A DNA stretch of 60,537 nt, filler included. It is 4 parts of 4 records of this genome, joined end to end, with 100 filler letters (N's around TTAATTAATTAA, not from the genome) between each part and the next. Parts side by side here need not be neighbours in the genome. Positions count along the whole stretch, not along the records: positions 47,194 to 55,242 come from SRR31156797_6209; positions 55,343 to 60,537 come from SRR31156797_6211; 2 more parts are not named here. One strand, 5' to 3'. Position 1 is the stretch's first letter; each line of letters starts with the position of its first letter. Positions 47,194-58,274 of the stretch are shown here, piece after piece. Both the position numbers and the translations under genes were made by a program. The notes under the pieces were generated by a model. The model saw only the letters and a program-made list of their open reading frames with translations, made no database searches and was not told the DNA's origin.

Positions 47194-50100
47194 AAATGCT
47201 TCCCAGTCTTTCCATATTTTTTCAATCAGATCTTCAGGCTTCTCAATTGTAGTTTCGCCATTTTTACAGGCATTTACAAATTCCTCACTAGCCAAACAGC
47301 CATCGATAAACTTTAATTTTAGTTTATCCATCATGGCTATAATCTTCTTACCCATAGCTTTACGCAATGAGTCGGAATCGCCTCGGGTAAATCCTCCTAA
47401 TGCCCTGGACTGAAGCATCACCTGCTCCTGATACACCGTAATTCCATAGGTATCTTTCAGGTAGGGCTCCATCATGGGATGGTCGTATACTATTTCTTCG
47501 CGACCATGCTTACGGGCAATAAAGGATGGAATATATTCCATCGGACCCGGACGATACAGGGCATTCATTGCTACCAAATCTTCGAAACGGTTTGGTTGCA
47601 GAGCCTTTAAGTGTTTTTTCATACCCGGGGACTCAAACTGGAATACAGCAGTTGTTTCTCCGTTACCAAAAAGCTTAAAAGCTATTTCGTCATCCAAAGG
47701 AATATTTGCCAAATCAACATCAATTCCTTTAGAGAGTTTTACATTATCTAATACCTCTTTAAAAATAGACAGGGTTTTTAGTCCCAGAAAGTCCATTTTT
47801 AAAAGACCAATATCTTCTACAAAGCGTCCATCGTATTGCGTAGTTAGCAATTCCTCACCCTTGGTTGGCATAACAGGTAAGTGCTCATCTAACGGATTTT
47901 TACCAATTAAAACACCACAAGCATGCACCCCGGTTTGTCTCACAGCTCCTTCAAGTTGCTCCGCAAAACTTAGGGTTTGCGCAACCAGCTGATTGGGGGA
48001 ATTCTTTTCCTGTTCGAGTTCAGGCACTTCTTTATAAGCTTTTTTAAAACTCATTTTAGGTGCCTCAGGAACCATTTTGGCCAGTCGGTTTGCTTCTGAT
48101 AATTCAAGATTTAGTACACGAGCAACATCTTTAATAGAACTTTTGGTAGCCATGGTTCCGAATGTACATATGTGCGCTACCTTATCATGGCCATATTTAT
48201 CAGTTACATAATCCAATACCTTTTGTCTTCCATCATCATCAAAGTCGATATCAACATCGGGCATGGAGATACGATCGGGATTCAGGAAACGCTCAAACAG
48301 CAAATCATATTTTATAGGATCAACATCCGTAATCTTAACACAGTAGGCTACAGCGGCACCTGCTGCTGAACCCCTTCCCGGTCCTACCAGTACGCCATTG
48401 TCTTTGGCCCAGTTTATAAAATCCTGTACAATAAGGAAGTATCCCGGAAACCCCATGGTTTTAATGGTGTCCAACTCAAAATCGATACGCTCTTTTTTAT
48501 CATCAGTAAAATCATCCGGATATCTATGCTTAACACCTTCATAGGTTAGGTGTTCAAGATAATCAGCCTCAAGTTTAATTTGGAGCACTTTATCATATCC
48601 TCCTAGTTTCCCATATCTTTCCTCACCAAATTCCTTTACCAAGTCCTCCTCGGTAAACTTGGCTTTATAAGTTTCAAAAGTTCCAAAGTCCTCCGGAATA
48701 TTAAACGGAGGCATAATTGGATCGCTGTCCAATTCAAAGAACTCCACTTTATCGGCAATTTCAACAGTGCTCTCTAATGCCTCAGGAATATCGGCAAACA
48801 ACTTGCTCATCTCTTCGCAAGTTTTAAACCACTCTTGCTTTGAATAGCGCATACGAGTTGGGTCTGTATAATCACGACCTGTACTCAAGCAAACCAACAT
48901 ATCATGTGCTTCGGCATCATCTTCATTGGTAAAGTGACTATCATTGGTAGCTACTACTTTTACGCCCAACTCTCTGCTTAATTTCATTAAAACCCTGTTT
49001 ACCTTGGCTTGATTTTGCCAGGTATCGCGTCGTAAAATAGGGTCATTATTGATGTGACGCATCATTTCAAGATAATAATCCTCGCCAAAAACATCTTTGT
49101 ACCAAAGTACTGTTTCCTTGGCTTTATCCAGGTTTCCCTGCATAATATGTTGAGATACTTCACCACCAAGGCAGGCACTCAATGCGATTACACCTTCATT
49201 GTATTTTTCCAGTAACTCCTTATCAATACGCGGTTTATAGTAAAAACCATCCGTATGGGCAATAGAAGTCAGTTTAAGCAGGTTTTGATATCCCTTATAA
49301 TTTTTAGCCAGTAAAATAAGATGATGCCCTGATGAATCGGTTTTATCATCCTTACGTAAGTGACCGCGCTGTGCTACATAGGCTTCAACACCAATAATGG
49401 GCTTTACTTCATTCTTTTTACAAGCAACATGAAACTCTTTCACTCCAAACATACCACCGTGATCGGTAATGGCAACAGCTGTTTGACCGTCTTCCTTGGC
49501 TTTGGCTGCAATGGCTCCTGTTTTGTTGGCACCATCCAGAATTGAATATTGCGTATGTACATGCAGATGGACAAAGGCTTTTGTTTCCGCATTTTTAGCA
49601 GCCTCCTGAATAATTCTTTCTTCCTCTTCGAGCGGAATATCTTCAAATACGTCTACTTTAAAAGATTCATACTCAATTCCAACCAGTTGAATTTCGGAAG
49701 GGTTATTTTTTCGAAAAGCTTCGAGCTCGGCCTCCGTCATACGAAGTAGCTGAACAGACATTCCTCCTACTCGGACTAACTCAAGAAAACAACGCGAAGT
49801 AGCTTCTACATCGGCAGCAGCATTATGTGCCTCTTCAAACGGAACCTTAAAGAGCTTGATGTGTAACTCAGTAAGTGTTGGGTTTTTTAATTTTCCACCT
49901 CTGGTTAAGCCACAAAACTCTTTACTACCAGTCATGGTATCCAACATAGGTGCATTAACCAATACCTGCTCATCCATTTCACAACGAACAAGCTCACAAC
50001 CTACAATATTGATATCGAAGGTTACATTATGCCCAATTATAAACTTGCTTTTAGCCACATCGGCCATGAAATCGTCCAGGGCTTCTTTTAAAGGAATCCC

Positions 50101-50328
50101 TTTTTCATGAGCAATTTCAGTGGTAATACCATGCACCGCCACCACATCCTCTGGTATGGTATAGCCATCCGGTGTAATCACATGATTTTTGGCGTATAGA
50201 AAGTTCCCCTCAATATCGTGACATTGCCATGCCAGCTGAACCATTCTTGGCCAATTGTCTGTATCGGTAATGGGTGCTTTCCAATTCTTTGGAAGTCCGG
50301 TGGTTTCGGTATCAAAAACTAAAAACAT
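47194..50328 (-). CDS. dnaE: DNA polymerase III alpha subunit with fused N-terminal DEDDh exonuclease (3' truncated)
   Basis: FDTETTG, GHNVTFD and AHNA.ADV exonuclease motifs; HLHVHTQYS PHP domain; GPGRGSAAG; PDVDIDF; KMDFLGL; ALYRPGP. Confidence 0.96.
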
Positions 50329-50572
50329 TGTTTATCAACTATTTAAAATCAACGCTAACATATCTTCTGCGACCTACAAAGTTAGCTTTTTAAGCGAGAA
50401 AGGCGAGTAAAAATATAAATGGTTGAGGTATTAATTTCCTATGATTTTAAATCCTGATTATCTTTTTTAAATTCACTACTTTTTAGGGAACGTATAGGGA
50501 GCAAAAGAACTAAGCTTTTAATTGCATAAGCCACATTCAGAATGTAACTTGCATTTACATGTATGAGAAAAC

Positions 50573-53500
50573 ATGCACAGGGACAGGATTAAATATGGAA
50601 TAATTTTACTGACTTTTCTTTTTCAACTCAGTAATTCTTTTGCCCAATACTTTGGACAAAACAAACCACAATACAAGCAATTTAACTTCGAATTATATAA
50701 TACACCTCACTTTGAGCTTTACCATTATTTTAACTCCGATACTTTAATTCAAAACCTTTCACAACAAAGTGAAGTATGGTATCAATATCATCAACAAATA
50801 TTCCGCGATTCTTTTAACACCCGAAATCCTATCATATTCTATAGCAACCATGCCGACTTTCAGCAAACAACTGCCATAAGCAGTCATATTAGTGTAGGAA
50901 CAGGTGGTGTTACCGAAGGCATAAAAAGGCGCATAGTCATGCCCGTCAACTTTTCTGCTCAGGAAACAAATCATGTTTTGGGTCATGAGATGGTGCATGC
51001 TTTTCAGTATCATCTTCTGCAATACAAAACCAATTTAGGTATATCAGCTGTCCAGAATATTCCTTTATGGATGATTGAAGGAATGGCTGAATATTTATCC
51101 AAAGGTAACACTGATAGTCACACTGCTTTATGGATGAGAGATGCTTTGCTTCACAAGCATTTTCCTTCCCTAAAGCAAATGACACTTAATTATGCCTATT
51201 CTCCTTACAGGTATGGACAAGCTTTTTGGAGCTACATTGCCTATACATATGGAGAGCAATATATTCGGCATTTATTGTTGGAAACAGCCAACAAAGGAGT
51301 AGAGCAAGCCATCTCAGATGTCTTCCTGATTTCTATGGATTCGCTATCGGTTTTATGGAAAAATGAGCTTCACGATCATCTGCTCCAAAACATTAATGAT
51401 TCAACATTCTCGGTGCATGGCGATAGAATTATTTCTCATAAAAACAGTGGGCGATATAACTTGTCTCCGTCAGTTAGCCCGGATGGAAAGAAACTCATTT
51501 ATTTATCCGAACGGGATTTATTTAGCCTGGATTTATACATGGCCAATGCAGAAACCGGCGAGTTGATAAAGAAATTATACTCATCCACCTACAGCGATGA
51601 TATTGATGCTATTAGCTTTTTAGAAACTGCCGGAAGCTGGTCGAACGATAGCAGGCATTTTGCGTATGTGGCTTATACCAAAGGGCAGAGTGCCTTTATC
51701 ATATTCGATACAGAAACGGCTAAAATTGTAGAGATTATTTCCTTTCCGGATATTGATGGCATTGGTTTTCCGGCATGGTCGCCCAATGGAGAGAGCATTG
51801 CTTTTACAGGTCTTAAAAATGGCGTTTCTGATGTATACCTGTATCAACTAAAAAACAATCAACTGCAAAATATCACCAACGATACTTACTGTAATTTGCA
51901 ACCCAACTGGGATAAGTCGGGGCACATTTTATATTACACTACGGATGAACTGTTTCCAACACAAATCAACCTCAACCGGAACTTTTATAACATTGCTTCA
52001 TACAATTTAAAAACAGGTACACATCAGGTTTTCGATACATTTGACGGCGCACAAAATATGAATCCAGTCATTGGCGATCAGGCTCATCACCTCTTTTTTC
52101 TATCAGATAGAGATGGCACCCGAAATTTGTATCAGATCGACACCCAAGAAAATACTATTTCTCAACTTACTCAATACCCAACTGGCATTACCGGAATGAC
52201 TCACCTCTCTCCGGCACTCACAACATCTGGTTCTAACATTTATTATAACATGTTGTGGGAAGGACGCTTTTCTATTTTAAAAGCCAACATACCGCAGATT
52301 CTGAAAACGGGAACCATTATTGAAAATCATTCCGTAAATAATTATGCATCACGATTAATGCCCTATTCCAAATTTCCATCGGATGTGGATTATAATTTAG
52401 CCTCTGCAACAAAAGAAGTAAATAGCCCGGTAGATAGTTTTTACAAAGAGAAGGTACAATCTAAGTTTAAACTGGATTATATTGGCAATACCTCAACCGG
52501 AATTATGACCAGCCGATATGGAACAGGTATGGCCGGAAGTATAGAAGCCCGATTTAGCGATATTTTTGGGGAGCACATTCTTTATTCGGGTGTAAGTATT
52601 AACGGGGAGATTTATGATTTTGGTGCACAAGTAGCCTACATCAACCAAAAGAAACCTATCAAACTGGGCACAAGCTTATCCCACATTCCGTATCGAACAG
52701 GCTACTTTATTAGTGAATCGGATGAAACAAGTGGAAGTTCAGAAATCAGCTACCTTTTTCAACGAACCTTTGTGGACAAGCTCAGCTTTTTTGGCTTCTA
52801 TCCTTTGAACAAAGCACACCGAATTGAAGCAGGAATTGCAGCAGCATATTATAGCTATAGAACCGAGAAAATACATAATCCCAACTCTATTTATACTTCA
52901 TATCGAAGTGACCGAAAACTCATATCATCACCTTCAGCGTTTACGGTAGGAATTATTGATGCTGCTTACGTGATTGATAACTCAAAATTCGGATTAGCAT
53001 CACCCATCGAGGGTAAAAGAATACGTATTGGCTATGAAAGATATTTTCATGGGGTAAACATGAATGCGCTATTACTTGATTATAGAAAGTATTTTAATTT
53101 TAAACCCTATACTCTCGGCTTCCGGTTTTATCATTATGGTCGATATGGAAAAGAGAGCGATAGCAATCGTTTGATCAGTATGTTTATTGGTTATCCCTGG
53201 TATATCAGAGGATATGAAGCCGGCAATTTTTATGGTAGTGAAGAGGAGGGAAAGATTTCTACCAACCAACTACTGGGATCTAAAATTATTGTATCTAATG
53301 TAGAATGGCGCATCCCCTTTACTGGTCCCCGAAACTACGCATGGATTAAATCCCGTTTCCTGTTCTCTGAACTGGCTCTTTTTTACGATGCAGGAATTGC
53401 CTGGGACAGATATTCCTCTCCCTCATTTAATCTAACCACCTCCGAACTGTCTAAAAGAATTCCTTTGATGAGCACCGGAGCCGCCTTACGTTTTAATCTC

Positions 53501-53599
53501 TTAGGAGCTATTATTGTTGAACCATATTATGCTTTCCCCATTCACCAGGGCAAAGTACATACAGGAAACTTGGGCATAAATATTCTTTCGGGTTGGTAA
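50573..53599 (+). CDS. Outer-membrane protein: peptidase-MA-like domain + PD40/TolB propeller + Omp85-like barrel
   Basis: Signal peptide then QYFGQNK, HEMVH...PLWMIEGMAEY, PSVSPDG/PAWSPNG repeats, IRGY motif, LFYDAG, C-terminal aromatic residue. Confidence 0.8.
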   Translation: MHRDRIKYGIILLTFLFQLSNSFAQYFGQNKPQYKQFNFELYNTPHFELYHYFNSDTLIQNLSQQSEVWYQYHQQIFRDSFNTRNPIIFYSNHADFQQTTAISSHISVGTGGVTEGIKRRIVMPVNFSAQETNHVLGHEMVHAFQYHLLQYKTNLGISAVQNIPLWMIEGMAEYLSKGNTDSHTALWMRDALLHKHFPSLKQMTLNYAYSPYRYGQAFWSYIAYTYGEQYIRHLLLETANKGVEQAISDVFLISMDSLSVLWKNELHDHLLQNINDSTFSVHGDRIISHKNSGRYNLSPSVSPDGKKLIYLSERDLFSLDLYMANAETGELIKKLYSSTYSDDIDAISFLETAGSWSNDSRHFAYVAYTKGQSAFIIFDTETAKIVEIISFPDIDGIGFPAWSPNGESIAFTGLKNGVSDVYLYQLKNNQLQNITNDTYCNLQPNWDKSGHILYYTTDELFPTQINLNRNFYNIASYNLKTGTHQVFDTFDGAQNMNPVIGDQAHHLFFLSDRDGTRNLYQIDTQENTISQLTQYPTGITGMTHLSPALTTSGSNIYYNMLWEGRFSILKANIPQILKTGTIIENHSVNNYASRLMPYSKFPSDVDYNLASATKEVNSPVDSFYKEKVQSKFKLDYIGNTSTGIMTSRYGTGMAGSIEARFSDIFGEHILYSGVSINGEIYDFGAQVAYINQKKPIKLGTSLSHIPYRTGYFISESDETSGSSEISYLFQRTFVDKLSFFGFYPLNKAHRIEAGIAAAYYSYRTEKIHNPNSIYTSYRSDRKLISSPSAFTVGIIDAAYVIDNSKFGLASPIEGKRIRIGYERYFHGVNMNALLLDYRKYFNFKPYTLGFRFYHYGRYGKESDSNRLISMFIGYPWYIRGYEAGNFYGSEEEGKISTNQLLGSKIIVSNVEWRIPFTGPRNYAWIKSRFLFSELALFYDAGIAWDRYSSPSFNLTTSELSKRIPLMSTGAALRFNLLGAIIVEPYYAFPIHQGKVHTGNLGINILSGW

Positions 53600-53814
53600 T
53601 ACATGCCAACATAAGGTTTGACATCTCCAAATATATTATTCTGATATTCTGAACATTCAACCCAACGGAACAATTAAACAACTTTTAATTTAGCAGTTAT
53701 ACTTACTTAGCTTAAATACTTCACATCGTACTTAAAAAAACTTACCTTTGTCGGGATTTTTAAAAGGATCATAGGGGTAAATATTAATGTACTAAAACCG
53801 TAATTATTTTTAAA

Positions 53815-55242
53815 ATGAGCAACAAAACTGTGAACAGAGCAGCTGATAACATCAGACTACTTTCTGCTGCCATGGTAGAGAAAGCAAAGTCAGGACACCC
53901 GGGTGGTGCCATGGGCGGAGCCGATTTTATTAACATTCTTTATACTGAATACCTTAACTATGATCCTAAGGACAGAAATTGGGTAAACAGAGACCGTTTC
54001 TTTTTAGATCCGGGACATATGTCTCCAATGTTATATGCACAGTTGGCATTAACCGGAGCATACACTATGGAGGAACTATCTAACTTCCGTCAGTGGGGAA
54101 GCCCAACACCAGGACACCCTGAAGTAGACTTTGAAAGAGGAGTTGAAAATACTTCCGGACCACTAGGTCAAGGACACACCATGGCTGTTGGTGCAGCTAT
54201 TGCTGAAAAATTCCTTGCTGAACGTTTTGGCGCATGGATGAATCATAACATCTACACCTTTATTTCTGATGGTGGTATCCAGGAAGAAATTTCACAGGGA
54301 GCCGGTCGTATTGCAGGTTATCTTGGATTGAATAACCTGGTTATGTTCTATGACTCAAATGATATCCAGTTATCGACAAAAACGGATGCTGTAACTGTAG
54401 AAGATACAGCTAAAAAATATGAAGCCTGGGGATGGTCAGTAATGACTATTGATGGAAACAGTGCTGATGAAATTCGTAAAGCATTAGATGCAGCTCAGGC
54501 TGAAACAGAAAAACCTTTCCTTATTATTGGAAAAACCATTATGGGAAAAGGAGCTGTTACTGAAGATGGTTCTTCATTCGAAAAAATGGTATCAACACAC
54601 GGACAGCCATTGTCTGCTGCTGGTGCCAGCTTCGACAAAACGATTGAGGCATTAGGTGGCGATGTTGCTAATCCTTTCCAGGTATTTGATGATGTAGCTG
54701 AACTTTATGCTGAAGCAAACGCTAAAAAAGCGGAATATGCAGCTGCTAAAAAAGCTGAGCAGGCAGAATGGGAAAAAGCAAACCCTGAATTAGCTGCCAA
54801 ATTTGCTAAATTCTTTTCTGGAGAAGCGCCTGATGTTGACTTCAGTGCTATTGAGCAAAAAGCAGGAAGCGCTACTCGTGCTGCATCTGCAACTGTATTG
54901 GCTACTTTTGCTGATCAGGTTGAGAATATGATTGTTTCTTCTGCTGACTTAGCAAACTCGGATAAAACAGATGGTTTCCTTAAGAAAACAACTGCTTTCT
55001 CTAAAGGCGATTTCTCTGGTCAGTTCTTACAAGCTGGTGTTGCAGAATTAACCATGGCTGCATTAGCTAACGGTATGGCTTTACACGGTGGTGTCATTCC
55101 TGTAGTAGGTACTTTCTTCGTTTTCTCTGATTACATGAAGCCTGCTGTTCGAATTGCTGCCTTACAACAATTACCTGTAAAATATGTATGGACTCACGAT
55201 GCATTCCGTGTGGGAGAAGATGGTCCTACTCACCAGCCAATT
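53815..55242 (+). CDS. tkt: Transketolase (3' truncated)
   Basis: SGHPGG, RDRFFL..GH, TPGHPE, GPLGQG, SDGGIQE..N TPP motif, THD..VGEDGPTHQP. Promoter -7 TACCTTTG at 53743-53750. Confidence 0.96.
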
Positions 55243-55342
55243 NNNNNNNNNNNNNNNNNNNNNNNNNNNNNNNNNNNNNNNNNNNNTTAATTAATTAANN
55301 NNNNNNNNNNNNNNNNNNNNNNNNNNNNNNNNNNNNNNNNNN
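55243..55342. other. Artificial contig linker
   Basis: N-run, TTAATTAATTAA, N-run. Confidence 0.99.
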
Positions 55343-55343
55343 C

Positions 55344-55559
55344 GGAAAGGATCTGGTCTTCTGGGGCGGCGGTATAGACACCCAGAGGATTCTCCCCTTC
55401 GGCACTCCCGAAGAGGTGAGGGAGGAAGTCCTGAAGACCTGCGAGATCTTCTCCGAAGACGGCGGATTCGTCTTCGATGCCATCCATAACGTTCAGGCCA
55501 AGACTCCCACCGAGAATATCGTGGCCATGATCGAAGCGGTGAGGGAGTTCAACGGCTGA
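55344..55559 (+). CDS. Uroporphyrinogen decarboxylase / methylcobamide methyltransferase family protein, C-terminal fragment (not in ORF track)
   Basis: Hand translation GKDLVFWGGGIDTQRILPFGTPEEVREEV...GGFVFDAIHNVQAKTPTENIVAMIEAVREFNG*. Confidence 0.88.
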   Translation, partial: GKDLVFWGGGIDTQRILPFGTPEEVREEVLKTCEIFSEDGGFVFDAIHNVQAKTPTENIVAMIEAVREFNG

Positions 55560-55643
55560 GGGCGTCAGGGCGAAGCGGGGATTGAAGCTGTGTCGGTACT
55601 CCAGCCAGGAAACCAGGCGGCGATAGTATCTTTATATTCATAA

Positions 55644-56864
55644 TTAATTCTCCCCGGAGAGATTGGATAAGCTGATAACGGCCTGGCTGCAGACCCCGGG
55701 AACCTCGTCCTGCAGCCAGTGGCCATGGGAGGGGTCCTGCCAGATACCGGCGACGGCGTCCCCGTTCCAGAGGGACAGAAAGCGGTCCAGGTAGGGCCAG
55801 ACAAGCTCTCCCTCCACATCCACGCAATTTGTCTTCCAGCCGATCTCCTCCGGGTCCGGCCTGTATCCCTCGGGACAGGGAATCCTCTTTTCATAGCCCC
55901 CCCAATCCACCTTCAGGGGGCCGAAGGCCGTATCGTCGCCGAACATGAAATAGACGGGAAGGGAGTTGATTGCCGAAATCTTCTTTTCCACGGAATCGAG
56001 GAAATCATGATCCTCCACGGTAGATCTGGCGGAGATCCACACCGGCAGGGTCACGCCCTGATAGAGGAGCTCATCCCTCTTCTCCAGCTTGATATAGGGG
56101 GCCATCTGCATGGTCTCCAGAGCGTTATAAAGCTCTGACCCCTTCTCCGCGTTTCGGCGCGCCAGCCCCCTGGCTCCCCCTCTGACCAGATCGCCGTTCA
56201 GATAGAAAGAGGGATTCATCACGGCGTCCATGCCCCTGTCATGGACCACGTGATAGGGATTGAACTCATCCTCAGGATAATCCGGGAGGGCCCAGGCCCA
56301 GGTATTCATCAACAGGAATCCGGACATCCGCTGGGGATGCCTTTCCGCCACGGCCAGGCCGATAGGTCCGCCCCAGTCCTGAAGCACCATATAGATATCC
56401 TCAAGATCGAGGGCGGTGATAAGATCTTCGACAACCTCAGCCTGGGAATGGGGCCTGTAGTCGAAGTCCCGTGGATGGGGAAAGTCGGAAAGCCCGAAGC
56501 CGAAGTGATCCATGGCAATGACCCTGAATCCCTCCTCCCTGAGCCGGATTATCATCTTCCTGTAGATGATGCTCCAGGTCCCGTTTCCATGGATCGCGAC
56601 GACCGTTCCCCGGGTGACGCCTTCGGGCCTCTCGTCAATATAGTGCATGCGGATTCCCTCCCAGTCGTAGAACCGGGAAGGGAAGGGATAAACCCCGTCG
56701 TCCACCCAGGCCGGGCGGCCCTCCGCAATGGGGTTCCCCTCGGCAAAAGCTCCTGCCGAAGCTCTGCCCGTATCCGTTCCTGTGGCGCAGGACAGTAAAG
56801 CTAAAGCGACGGGGGCAGCCGTGAGCAGGCTGCGGATATTTCGTATGAATCTCTTATCAGTCAT
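55644..56864 (-). CDS. Lipoprotein alpha/beta hydrolase, haloalkane dehalogenase-like
   Basis: Lipobox LALLSC, YPF, MHYIDE, HGNGTWS..YR, GFGLSD, QDWGGPIG (Asp nucleophile + Trp), LMNTW, GHWLQDE. Start moved to MTDK (56864). Confidence 0.82.
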   Translation of the reverse strand: MTDKRFIRNIRSLLTAAPVALALLSCATGTDTGRASAGAFAEGNPIAEGRPAWVDDGVYPFPSRFYDWEGIRMHYIDERPEGVTRGTVVAIHGNGTWSIIYRKMIIRLREEGFRVIAMDHFGFGLSDFPHPRDFDYRPHSQAEVVEDLITALDLEDIYMVLQDWGGPIGLAVAERHPQRMSGFLLMNTWAWALPDYPEDEFNPYHVVHDRGMDAVMNPSFYLNGDLVRGGARGLARRNAEKGSELYNALETMQMAPYIKLEKRDELLYQGVTLPVWISARSTVEDHDFLDSVEKKISAINSLPVYFMFGDDTAFGPLKVDWGGYEKRIPCPEGYRPDPEEIGWKTNCVDVEGELVWPYLDRFLSLWNGDAVAGIWQDPSHGHWLQDEVPGVCSQAVISLSNLSGEN

Positions 56865-57028
56865 GATGACGAGGATAGCGATATGGGGACAGCTGTCGTC
56901 TGAGTCAATTTTCCGGGACAAAAAAAAGGTACTGATAAATTTATCCGGACAAACAAGGCCGTAATCCAGCGGCTTTCCCCGGGGTATCATCTTTCTACCG
57001 GAAGGGCTTTTTGATTAGAATACAGCTT

Positions 57029-58207
57029 ATGAACCAACAGCATGTCAGCGATCTGATTACCCTGACGGGAGCGGCATTCGGCGTCTCATTCTCCCTTCTC
57101 CTCTATCTTTCCAAGCAGAACCACGGAGCGAAGCGCTACCTCAGCCTCCTGCTCCTTCTAACGGGCATGAGCATTATCATGCAGTATCTGAGCAACCAGG
57201 AGCTCAATGTAAAGCATCCCCATCTGATAAGAGTTCACTATCCCGTCAACTTCCTCTTCGGGCCCCTGCTCTACCTGTTCACCTGCGAGCTGACGGAATC
57301 CGGAAGAAAGCATTCCGGACGATGGCTTCATCTGCTCCCCTTTCTTCTGATCACACTCACCATGATTTTCTTCTATTACAGACTGGACGAAGCGACGAAA
57401 CTGATGATCCACAGGGGCGGGGGAGATGAGTATTTCATCCGGCATTTCTTCAGGCTCTGCCAGATGCTGATCATTCCCCATGGTCTGATTTATATGGTTT
57501 TCTCCCTTATCAGATCCCGTTCCTACCAGAAGCGTATCAATCAGTATTTCTCACGGATAGATGAGATAAACCTGAAATGGCTCAACCGCATAATAATCAT
57601 CATTCTGCTGAGCTGGATCATATCGGGATTCTCTATGATCAGCAGAGCTCTTCATGTCCAGACCTTCCATTTTGCCTACATCAACGGAATCGTAGGCACC
57701 AGCCTGATCTATGTACTGGCCTATCTGATGATGCGTCAGCCCGACCTGTTCAAATACATTTCACTGGTTGATGAGCTTACGCAGGCTCCCGAGAGCTCTC
57801 CGGAAAAAACGCGGAAGTACAAAAACCTCAGTATGGATGAGGAGACTCAGAAGGAAAGCTACCGGAGGCTGATCGCCACCCTGGAGAAGAACGGGAAGTA
57901 CCTCGATCCCGATCTGACGGTTAAGGAACTGGCAGAGTCGATGGGGATCACGTCGGCCCAGCTGTCGATGGTAATCAGCAGCCAGTCGGATCATAACTTC
58001 TACTCCCTTGTGAACACCTTCCGGGTGGAGGAGGCGAAAGCGCTGCTTGCCTCGAAGGAGTATGTGAACAGGAATATTCTGGATGTGGCCTATGCGTCAG
58101 GATTCAATTCGAAGTCCGTATTCAACAGCTACTTCAAGAAGATCAGTGGCATCACCCCTCTCCAGTACAAGAAGGCCCACAGCGCGGCCATTGGCAGGGA
58201 GAGCTGA
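57029..58207 (+). CDS. Membrane-bound AraC-family transcriptional regulator
   Basis: Multiple TM helices (LFGPLLYLF, LHLLPF, NLKWL) and a C-terminal YLDPDLT..ELA / NFY..VN..RVEEAK / SGFNSKS.F...FKK..G.TP. Confidence 0.92.
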   Translation: MNQQHVSDLITLTGAAFGVSFSLLLYLSKQNHGAKRYLSLLLLLTGMSIIMQYLSNQELNVKHPHLIRVHYPVNFLFGPLLYLFTCELTESGRKHSGRWLHLLPFLLITLTMIFFYYRLDEATKLMIHRGGGDEYFIRHFFRLCQMLIIPHGLIYMVFSLIRSRSYQKRINQYFSRIDEINLKWLNRIIIIILLSWIISGFSMISRALHVQTFHFAYINGIVGTSLIYVLAYLMMRQPDLFKYISLVDELTQAPESSPEKTRKYKNLSMDEETQKESYRRLIATLEKNGKYLDPDLTVKELAESMGITSAQLSMVISSQSDHNFYSLVNTFRVEEAKALLASKEYVNRNILDVAYASGFNSKSVFNSYFKKISGITPLQYKKAHSAAIGRES

Positions 58208-58274
58208 ATAGGAGAACGAGCCGTTTTTGCCGGGGGTAATCACAAGAGTGAATCGTAGATGTGAAAATCGCTGT

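Noticed and set aside
49700-50328. Exonuclease fused to DnaE as a novelty
   Set aside because: This fusion is common in Bacteroidota DnaE.
28592-55342. Apparent horizontal transfer or linkage among Bacteroidales, Enterococcus-like and high-GC segments
   Set aside because: The junctions are identical artificial linkers, so the segments are separate contigs.
55287-55487. Minus-strand ORFs at the start of contig D, and other short antisense ORFs in the track (e.g. 15985-16542, 22088-22747, 56241-56798)
   Set aside because: They are shadows of well-supported genes on the opposite strand.
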